In this document: positions 54,575 through 64,000 of the stretch, one piece after another | How positions within the stretch are numbered: position 1 is the first letter of the stretch | How the letters are laid out: each line of letters opens with the position of its first letter | Source: Octopus vulgaris | Taxonomy: Eukaryota | NCBI GenBank assembly: GCA_951406725.2 | Contig: OX597815.1 | Span: forward strand, 74,214,001-74,278,000 | Direction: 5' to 3' | DNA length: 64,000 nt | The notes under the pieces: model-generated | What the model was told of the DNA's origin: nothing | Database searches by the model: none | Seen by the model: only the letters and a program-made list of their open reading frames with translations | Program-made: the position numbers and the translations under genes

Positions 54575-55139
54575 TCCCTTCTCATGTCACAAAATTAACA
54601 TCATTGAAATAAAAATTATCTCTGTTCTTTATGGTGTGTTTTTTTTTTTTGTTTTGGGGTGCTGGGTGAGAAACGAAATTGTAATTTTCCCTTAAAACTC
54701 CAAAGCTTCATTTGTATTCTGAAAATATTATGCTCAATTTCATATTTTCACTGTGGTAACCTGCAGTGTTTGTATGAATAAAAGATAGGGCTGATGCTTA
54801 AAATTGCAAAAGCTAGACACTTGTTCTATAAAGACACAATGAATCAGAGTTTAATATGTATTAATGAGCAGTAACTGATCTGATTGATTCTTAAAATAAA
54901 GGAATATAAATTCTAGAGTAGCATATGGTCAATATATTGCACCTAATGCATAGGGCAGCTGCAGATTAGAGCAGAGGGGTATATTTTAATTTTGGAGGGA
55001 AAAAAACTGGAGAAACCCCATCAATGTATCTGAAGTTTGAAAATCAGTTGTGGGGGTAAATGAAGCTTTAATATAAACAAGGTTAGAAATAATGAGAGAA
55101 GCAATGTCAATAAGAAGTATATAATAAATAAAATAGGTG

Positions 55140-55510
55140 TGTCTTTTTATGTAAGAAGCTTGCTTCCCAACTATGTGGTCTCTGGTTTAGTCCCACTGTA
55201 CAATCCCTTGGGCAATCATCTTCTATATCCTTAGGCTGACCAAAGCCTTGCAAATGGATTTTGTAGACTGAAACTGAAGAAACCCTCTGTATGTGTGTAT
55301 ATATGGAAATGAGCATCATTGTCTTACAGGTGATGTTATTCATTTCCAATCTTCTATGAAAATATGTCTGACCATGGGGGAAATATTACCTTGCTTGGAA
55401 ATAGGTGAGGGTTGATGACAGGAAGGGCATGTGACTATAAAAAGCTGTCTCAGCAAATACCATGTGACCCATGCAAGCATAGAAAAGTGGGCATTAAATG
55501 ATGATGATAA
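55140..55510 (+). mobile_element. SINE family A with RTE-like tail
   Basis: Same architecture as 14360 and 52505. Confidence 0.68.
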
Positions 55511-56879
55511 ATTCACATTGCTTGAAATATAAAAGGAGTAAGGACAGAAATTATTTTAAGACATAATGCAGATACTAATATCCCTATGGAGAAATATCAA
55601 ATGGAATACACATAACTGTCTCACAAGTAGCAGAAAAGATCAATCAATTAAACAATTATTCTATGTTGTTAACAGTAACCTCTTAAGTTATTAATGGGCT
55701 TCAGAATAGGGCTTTATTATTCTGATATTTCTTTCAGTCAAATAGCTTATTTAGCATGAGTATAAACAGACTGTGTTTACAAAACAGTGTCCAAATTACT
55801 CTTTTCTATCAATTTATTTATGAAGGCTAGATAAAATAGGTCTATACTTGAAAAAAAAAAAAATAATAATATTGTTGTGTTGAGGAGTTGTACTCACTAT
55901 AGAAGATTTTCAGGCATGAAGTTTTATTGTTTTGGTAAAGCAATTCAATCAGTGATATATAACAGACATGGGAAACTACATTGTGTCTTGTTGTTAAATG
56001 AGTCTTTTCATTACAGAAACATTTTTTTTCCTTTGTATTTCATTCTTTTATCACAAATATAATAAAAATAGTAAAGGCATTCACATATCCGATCTCTCTA
56101 TTAACCTTTAGAGCACATATACATGTGAGAAAGCTTTGTATAGTTTTCTAACCCATTTGATAAAATTGTTTATAAAGATCTAGCATAAGTTGTTTTTAAG
56201 ATTTCTTTCTGCAACAAAATCCCTCCTGTATTTATTTATTAAACCTTTAGAAAACTTGACTCTATCTCCTCACCACTTAGATATGAGAAATATAGTTCAG
56301 CTTTCATTTGTTTGTGTTTCTTGTATTAAAACAGAAAAATTAAAAGTAGTAAAGAGAAAGTAGGCCACAGTATATTCTGAGTTACACCCGTTACACCCGC
56401 GTCTACTTTTCTAATCTTGTATTCTCATTTGAAAGTACATTCTTTGTTACTTGCTTTCTTTCTCTTTAATGTTTTGTGAACAACAAATTTGCTTGGAAAT
56501 AATTCTTTATTTATCTTGATTTCACCTGATGATTTCTTGGCAACTATCTTTCTTTCTGAGTTCCCTCTTGTTTGCTAATCTCAAACATGTTTGGTTGATA
56601 TTGATTTTTTTTGTCTTCTTTTGCTGATAATATTATATGATTGTATTTACCATAGTCTTCACTGATAACCTCTACATCAATTTGCTGTAAAGCTTAAGTT
56701 TAACAAGTTATGTCAGTGTCAAAGTGTTATTTGTCAGGTTTTTTTTTCCTATTTCTTAGTTAGAATAGGCAGTACCTCAGATTTTTTTTTTGCAGAACCT
56801 CTAAGATTGGTGGGAAGAAGGGAGAGAGGGAAGTTTTTTTATCTGGGAGACCTGGCCCGAATGCCTGCAACAAAGTGGA

Positions 56880-57103
56880 CCCTTTAGTATTCTGATTACA
56901 CTATCAAATGTAATGTTTATTTATTCAAATTGTGTTGAATTAATTCTGCATTATCTTGTAGTTTTGAGATTTTGATGATGTGAGTGTTTGTTTTTAGAAT
57001 GACATTGTAGGGTAGGTATGAGAGGCAGGATATGGTCAGTTTGAACATAAAACGGGTAGAATATTTGGGCTCTATATGTCCAGTTTAAATGCTAAATGGT
57101 TAA
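56880..57103. mobile_element. piggyBac-type MITE, family 2
   Basis: ccctttagtattc ... aatgctaaatggttaa; collinear with 45287-45514. Confidence 0.6.
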
Positions 57104-57369
57104 AGGTACCCAAGGTAACCTGTTATCCCCTGTATCTTATTCTGTTTTTGTCTCATGCATGCAAGTTTTAAGAATAAGTTTTTTTCTCTCTCATGGATGC
57201 AGACACAGTGCTATTGTTAAGAAGTTTGCTTTGCATTCAAATTGTTTCAGTTCTAATGCATAAGTCTTTTGGCAAGTGACTTTTACTATAACCTTGGATT
57301 GATGAAAGCCTTATGAATGAAATTTGGGAGATAGAAATAGTGCCAAAGGCAGCTATATATATATATATA

Positions 57370-57905
57370 TCTTGAGGGAAATGTTGACATAAGAGGCATC
57401 AGATGTGATGTGCAAGAGAGACGACCTTGCTGGTATGGTCATGTGTTGCATATGGATAAGGACGTTGCATATGAAGAAGTGCTGATCTCTAACTGTGGAG
57501 GGAACCCGTGGAAGAGGTAGATCAGGAAGACATGAGACGAGATGGTGATGCATGATCTTCAAATATTGAGCCTCATGGAAGCAATGACAATTGACTGAGA
57601 CCTTTGGCAATATGCCGTACTTGACAAGACTCGTCAAGCCAAGTGAAATCGTAGTTGTAGTCGATGCCGGTGTCACTTAATTGCATCCATACTGTGGCAC
57701 ATAAAAGCAGCTGTGCTGGTGGTACATAAAAAGCACCTATTACACTCTTGGAGTGGTTGGCATTAGGAAGGGTATCCAGCCAAAGCAACCATGCCAAATC
57801 AGACTGGAACTTGGCGCAGCTCTCCAATGTACTGTTCCTGTTAAACTGTCTAACCCATACCAGCTTGGAAAGCAGCTGCTAAATGATATTGATGATGATG
57901 ATATA
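57370..57905 (+). mobile_element. RTE LINE 3' end with 3' UTR and (GAT)n tail
   Basis: tggtatggtcatgtg (WYGHV) and VEGTRGRGR, followed by the same 3' tail as at 9290-9620, ending gatgatgatgat. Confidence 0.75.
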
Positions 57906-58007
57906 TGATATATATGATATAAAAGTGGCACTTGCAAGTGAGTATGACCAAGTAGCATAAACTATGCTTTTGCTAATTGTTTTAGGAGCTTATATGAATT
58001 GTTAGAA

Positions 58008-58870
58008 AGGATCACAAAAGTATAGCTCACAAAATTACTGCAGAGCTTAATGACTACCCCGAGAACCCAGTTTCCACAAAACTGTTCGATGAGAGCTGCA
58101 CAAAGCCGGATTTCATGGGAGGGCTGCAATCAGAAAACCACTACTTCCAAAAACAAACATTGCAAAGTGTTTAGAGTGGAGTAAAAACCTACAGAATTGG
58201 TCCCTAGAGCAGTGGAAGAATATTATTTTCTCAGATGAGTCATCCTTTACTTTATTTCTGACCACCGGCCGAGTATACGTGTGGAGACAGACAAAAGAAG
58301 CATTTGACCCAGACTGTCTTCTTCCAACTGTTAAACATGGAGGAGCTGTGATGATCGGGGGTGGGTGGAGGGTGGCTATATCTTGGAAATCCCTTCATGG
58401 CAGAATTAATAGTCAAGACTAAGCATTTTATCTGATCAAATTCATCCTGTAGTTGTGGAACTGTTTCCCTCGGCAGAATTAATAGTCAAGACTAAGCATT
58501 TTATCTGATCAAATTCATCCTGTAGTTGTGGAACTGTTTCCCGACGGAAACAGAATCTTTCAGGATGATAATGCACCAATTCACGCAGTTGTTACTGAAT
58601 GGCACGAGGTACATTCTATTGAAGTTGAACATCTTATCTGGCCAGCACAGTCCTCAAATCTCAATATTATTGAACATTTATGGTGCATTTTAGAAAAACA
58701 AGTAAATAGTCAATATCCTCCACCATTATTACTACAAGAATTGGAGACTGTTTTAGCTGAAGAATACCATACCTTATAGAATTCAAGCCGTAATTACTGC
58801 CAAAGTTGGTCCTACCATATATTAAAATAAATTTAAAATTTTAAGGTATTTTCATTATTTTGTCCAACCC

Positions 58871-58873
<3 letters not shown>
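58008..58873 (+). mobile_element. Tc1-family DNA transposon, 5'-truncated, decayed transposase with right TIR
   Basis: Motifs RELHKAGFHGRAAIRKPL, IFSDESSF, PTVKHGG, FQDDNAPIH, WPAQSSNLNIIEHLW. Right end ...ttattttgtccaacccctg (CAGGGGTTGGACAAAATAA on the - strand) abuts a (TA)n tract. Confidence 0.88.
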
Positions 58874-58935
<62 letters not shown>

Positions 58936-58989
58936 TACCCCCTCTTCTCCTCACTACACCACACGACTTTACACATCACATCATATATG

Positions 58990-59300
58990 ATGTGCCATAC
59001 TAATACATACACCAACTAATACATACTAATACATACACCAACCCTATACATACACACGTCCAGACCCCTCATACGCACTTATACTCTCTCATACACACAC
59101 ACACACACACACACTTATACATACTAATACGTACTAATACATACTAATACATACACCAACCCCATACATACGCCTGTCCAGACCTATCCTACGCACTAAT
59201 ACCCTCTCATACACACACACACACACACACCCTTATACATACTAATACATACACCAACCCTATACATACACACGTCCAGACCCCTCCTACGCACTAATAG
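58990..59300 (+). repeat. CA-rich minisatellite, about 3 units of 105-130 bp
   Basis: Repeating catactaatacatacaccaaccctatacatacacacgtccagacccctc...acgcact.ata..ctctcatacacac. Confidence 0.8.
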
Positions 59301-59603
59301 GTGGTCATTCAACCCTATTATCAACCCTATTATCTCCCCTTATTTCGCTCTCGCGTCTCATGTTTGATCTTTGACTTCTGGCCGAAATCAGATCGCCATG
59401 TTGATTCGTTAGTTACTGCACGCATTTTTTTTCTCTCCTTCTTTCTGTGTTTTTTTTCTCTCTGTGTATCTTTCTGTTGAAGAGCATAGGCTCGAAACGT
59501 TAAAGACTTGTTTTATTTATATTTCCTGAGCGCCATACTAATACAATTATTTGTTTGTTTTCCACCTGCCTTCGTCTTTTGTCTATTTTCATAAAGCTTC
59601 CCG

Positions 59604-59606
<3 letters not shown>
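59300..59606 (+). mobile_element. Penelope-like pLTR / non-autonomous element related to 27240-27380
   Basis: Shares tgaagagc..gctcgaaa.gt.aaa.act...ctgagc..ca.ac.a.taca..tt with the 27 kb copy; ends at a (TA)n tract. Confidence 0.6.
59469..59506 (+). ncRNA. Minimal type I hammerhead-ribozyme-like motif (A6U variant)
   Basis: tcttt-CTGTTGA-a-gagc(atag)gctc-GAAAC-GTT-aaaga. Stem I tcttt/aaaga, stem II gagc/gctc, palindromic ACGT in place of stem III. Confidence 0.6.
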
Positions 59607-59662
<56 letters not shown>

Positions 59663-60644
59663 TATATATGCACACACACATATGGATATGCATGCGTTTT
59701 TGCACACACAGCTATACACCAATGATAAGAAGAAAATGGGAAACTGACAGAATCATTAGCATGCTGAGCAAAATGCTTAGCATTTCTTCTAGCTCTTTTT
59801 CTTCTGAGTTAAAATTCTTGAGGTGGACTTTCTTTCATCCCTCAGGGGTTGATAAAATACCAGTCAAGTAGTGTGGTTGATGCAATCATCTTACCCCCCT
59901 GCCATCAAAATTGCTCGTCTTGAGCCCTGGAGTTGACCAGTGTAATGTTTGGAGTGAATGTTTTGATTTTGGTCATTCATACACCACAGAATCGTGGTAA
60001 CTGATCTTATGAGTACTAAGGCTCAAGAAAAAAAAATGTTTTAGGATAGACATCCAGCTATAGAAACCATGCCAAAGCAAACATTAGAGCATTACACAGC
60101 CCTGAAACCCATTGGACCATGTCAAATCATTCATCCCATACTAGCTTGGCAGATAGACATTGATAGATGATGATGATGCTTCATCTACGATATATGTTTC
60201 CATGAACCAAAGAAAAACTTATGAAACTTTTAAATAATCATTGCTACTTGAAAATACTTTTATTTACTGTGTTTACCTGTCTTCTGATTAAGACATCTCA
60301 TATTTCTCTTCAAAATCATAATTTTTGTGTTATCTGTTTTATGATTTTTATAATCACTGCCTTATCAATAGAGATTTTTGTTTGTATTTAGTTGTCAGTC
60401 ATAACTTTCTACCTTTCTTTAGTCACCTAGAATTTGCCAAACAGAAATATCAACATGTGGAGAGCTAATGAATCGAAAATGCTAATTGGTTATTGAAGCT
60501 CTGACCTTTAGGCTATAAGTATTCAAAATGTTAAATATAAATGAATATTTCTTAGTTATTTAGATATTTTTGTTATATATTTATTTCTTTAAGATTCATA
60601 TTTATATTTATTTTGCTTCTTACTGTTTAAGACTGATAATTTCT

Positions 60645-61061
60645 TTAACCCTTTTGTTACCATATTTCTATTGAAAAACACTTAATTTGTTTCAATATCG
60701 AAAATAATGAAGAATTTCGTAAAATAACTTATTGTTAAGATGGAAGATTTTAATTTAGATCAATTTAAAATAGGAAATTTGTGTTATAGAACCAGAGGCA
60801 GTCTCAGGCAGATTAATATTATTTTCAAATTTTGGCTCAAGGCCAGCAATTTTGAGGGAGGGTTAAGTCAATTACATTGTCTCCCCTCCCCACAGTTCAC
60901 CTGGTACTTATTTTATCAAAAGGATGAAAGACAAACCCAGCCTTGGTGGAATTTGAACTCAGAACATGAAGATGGATGAAATGCCATTAAGCATTTCATC
61001 TGGCATGCTAACAATTCTGCCAGATTGCTGCCTTTAGGCGGGTTAATATTAGAAGGATTAA
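60645..61061. mobile_element. piggyBac-type MITE, family 1, with a SINE inserted near its end (about 60822-61035)
   Basis: ttaacccttttgttacc start and agaaggattaa end. ttaatatt is duplicated around the SINE. Confidence 0.6.
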
Positions 61062-62208
61062 AGTTATCATTAGACTTTGGAAAATATTATACACGCATTG
61101 CAATTTTCTGTAATGTTACTACCATTTGAAATTTTCTAATCTTGAACTTGAAAACTCTTTGTAAATAGTAGCATGAGTCAGTTTAGTAGGCTTTTTGTTG
61201 AAAATTTTATTTTTCTTAAACACAGATACTTGTTCTTAGATTTTTTTAGATAGCTGAAATGTAATAATTCAATTTGTATGCTTCTTTCTCTCTCTCCCTT
61301 TTTTCTTTTGTAATGTTTAACATATTGTGGTTTGCTAGAAAATATATTTTTTATTTTCACTGGTAATTTTAGTATACACTTTTATAGATATTTTGTTCAT
61401 GATGTTACATTATATTGGTTTTCTTTGAAGGTTGTAACAGTTCAGTTGAGAACATTAAATCTGAATTGCTAATATGAAAAATATCTCAAGTTTATGACTT
61501 TATCTTGAATCCTTTGAAATTTCAGAATGAATTATTGTTTCTCGTAGAACTGTATAAAATTAAAAAGAACTCAATTTCTAAAATTTTTGTAAATTGCACT
61601 TGTCTACACAAAATTTGTATTTCTGGAAAAATAAATTTTTGACTTGTGTGATGTCCATTATAGCTCATGTAAGATAAGTCAATCAATTTATAAGGAATGA
61701 AGAAATCATTTTTAAAGTGTTACTTTTTTGTTTGTACTGGTTTATTTGGTCATCCTGGTAGCAACCTGTGACAGCAAGCATATATAAAAATGGCCAGAAT
61801 AACTAAAACATACCAACAACATGAAGGTACTATAGTGAAGTTTTGATTTTGTAGTTTAACGTCTTGGATGTGATTCAGGAATTTTGAGGGTGATTAAAGT
61901 TAACTTTTCATCAGCATTGCACCCAGTTTCACTGGGCCCTAAAAATGCTCTTGTAGCTAATGCATACAGGCCATAGAGGAGCACTGGTCTCTAGAAATGT
62001 GTGTCACAGGTCCACTGGTGTTTGGACATGCCTTGATTGATACCATGTAAGCTTAGTTCTTTTAAAGTTGTTTGCAGAAGTAGTTTTCATTTAATCAACT
62101 GCTGGAAATCAATTAACTGCTGCAAACAGAAATAATTTAACTTATATAAATAGCTTCCAGTTACTTATATGGAAATTTTAACACAAAAAGAAGGGTTAAA
62201 AACACTCT

Positions 62209-62438
62209 TTACTTTTTTGATATCAATCTGTCCGAGTTTCTGACTTGGTTCCCTGATATATAGTTTCTGTTTGGAAGTGATCTCAAGTAAAACCTTAAAT
62301 CATAATTTCATTTTAAATTATGTTCCAAATACTAGCTTAATAATGATAAAGTTGTTATACTAATTTTTTCATTATTTTCAAAATTAATTAAAACAAAAAG
62401 CAGTGTATTTCAAAGAAATATGGTAACAAATGGGTTAA
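62209..62438. mobile_element. piggyBac-type MITE, family 1 (opposite orientation)
   Basis: Ends tggtaacaaatgggttaa; the body resembles the 47966 copy. Confidence 0.55.
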
Positions 62439-62695
62439 GGTCAATGACTTATGAGGATTTTCAAAGACGTTCTTGGAATGAACAATGCCATCAATCATGT
62501 AAAATATGTCATTCCATTCATTATTTTATGTCCAACCCATCCAGGAACATGAATGTTGAATGATGATGATATTAGTTTATTTTTTATGTCTTTACATCAT
62601 AAAATTTTGCTTCTTAAAAAATGCCAAATGATATAGTTTTGAAGAGATTTAGATTAAAATAGTTTTGTTCTAATATTTATTTATTTTTTTTTCAG

Positions 62696-62891
62696 ACCGA
62701 GGAGGAGGGTGTTAATGCCTGTATGGATAGGGTGCGGAAGCTGTTAAGCCCTGGAACCAAGAAGAAAACTGTTCCTCAAAACAGCAACAAGACCTTCGGA
62801 GTTCCTCTTGAAGAACTTGTTCGCCAGGCACCTGATGGGCTTAAAATTCCCCTCATTGTAAAGAAGATATGTGAACATATTGAAAACCATG
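62696..62891 (+). CDS. Coding exon of a RhoGAP-domain gene, FAM13A/FAM13B-like (start of the RhoGAP domain)
   Basis: Strong acceptor (ttattttttt ttcag|, AG at 62694-62695) and donor (CATG|gtaagg, GT at 62892). Open in phase 0: TEEEGVNAC-MDRVRKLLSPGTKKKTVPQNSNKTFGVPLEELVRQAPDGLKIPLIVKKICEHIENH-G. The FGVPLEEL...IPLIVKKICEHIE.HG pattern is the canonical RhoGAP N-terminal signature. Its position near the N-terminus resembles FAM13; orthology is inferred. Confidence 0.9.
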
Positions 62892-63678
62892 GTAAGGATT
62901 TTAGGTTTATTTCAATGAATCTTAACAAAGAAATGAATCAACTGAGCAGATATGGAGTAAGTTTTTGTCTCTTAGGCTGTGGCAGTGGCATTGTAGTTAA
63001 GAAGTTTGCTTCAGTATCACATGGTTCTGGGATCGATCCCACTGTATGGCTCCTTGAAAAGATGTCTTCTAACAGATTCAGGTTGTGAGTGGAATTGATT
63101 ACATGGAAATTGTACAGAAGCCTGTTGGATGAATTGCTTATGTTGTTGGATGGTGGACTCAATCCATTCTCTGGTTTCAGCACGGCCACCTGCACCTTGA
63201 GTGCCTTTAGCAGAGTCCACTCTATTTCAAGTGTTCAGAGCCAGGTTTCCAGTCTCAAGTTAGATTGATATCTTAATGCATTACTTCCTCCTGCAGCACC
63301 CCCATAAAACACAGCCCCCACCCCTCCACTAGTCATTCTTCAAAGTCCTGCAAAAAAAAAAGTTTGGCTTAGCTATAACCTCCACCTGCTCTTTAGGAGA
63401 AATATCTCCTTATATCTCATTTCAAGCACTGTGGATAAGTGGGTGAGAAATTTAACGTCAACTATTATCACCTGGAAAAGATATTGCTTAACAATTGTAA
63501 GGGCCTTAGAAATACCATCTCAGTTGTTGTTCAGTAATCTGAATGTTAAAGAGAGCAGTTTTAAAATTTTTATGAAGTTCGTTATGGCTTAGTTATCACT
63601 TGCGAATGACTGAGTATGACCGAGTAGCTTGCAGTGTGCTTTTGCTAATTGTTTGAGTTGCCTATATTATCTTGAGAC

Positions 63679-63914
63679 CAGTGTTTCTCAACTGGGGTCC
63701 ATATAAGATTTTGTTGCTAAAATTTATCTGCAATAAATTGGTCATACTTCTACTATATGCAAAACATTTAAATTTTTTTTCAATACAATTCCTCATAATG
63801 TTTAATTATAATAAGACAGTAGGATTTTTTTAGAGCATCAAGTAGCTACAGAGGTCTAGTAGAGTAAAACAGGAATCAAAGGGGTCCATTGGCAAAAATG
63901 GTTGAGAACTACTG
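63679..63914. mobile_element. hAT (Charlie-like) MITE
   Basis: TIRs cagtgtttctcaac / gttgagaactactg. Flanking 8-mers cttgagac and ctctagac (6/8 identical; NTCTAGAN-type target). Confidence 0.75.
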
Positions 63915-64000
63915 CTCTAGACCCTCCCACCCTTAACCCAGCAGAATATTGAGGGTATAATGGCTGGATGGAGTGAAAGCTACACCAGCATTTGGCTGGT

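Noticed and set aside
58990-59300. CRISPR-like repeat array
   Set aside because: The whole unit is repeated with no unique spacers, there are no cas genes, and the context is eukaryotic.
62892-63088. Continuation of the 121-aa ORF past ENHG
   Set aside because: A strong donor sits at 62892; the rest is intron and runs into a SINE head.

Overview
AT-rich, repeat-dense metazoan genomic DNA with no prokaryotic features. The SINE repertoire (tRNA-headed, CORE-like SINEs with RTE-type (GAT)n/(CAA)n tails) is what I associate with octopus genomes; this is recognition, not a database result. Almost all ORFs in the track are microsatellite or repeat artefacts. The only clear host coding sequence is a + strand exon at 62696-62891 encoding the start of a RhoGAP domain (FAM13A/B-like). 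Most of the window is therefore probably the 5' introns of that gene. Upstream I find three candidate microexons (47, 33 and 22 nt, at about 20.2, 31.7 and 43.1 kb) whose phases chain into one open frame with the RhoGAP exon. Skipping the 22-nt one would turn the N-terminal extension into an overlapping uORF. Mobile content: a near full-length but decayed R4/Dong-type non-LTR element inserted in (TAA)n, several RTE fragments, a Tc1 fragment, a young Helitron-like element, piggyBac- and hAT-type MITEs, dozens of SINEs, and three Penelope-type hammerhead-ribozyme-like motifs, one inside an inverted repeat. Repeat boundaries are approximate unless termini or TSDs are quoted.
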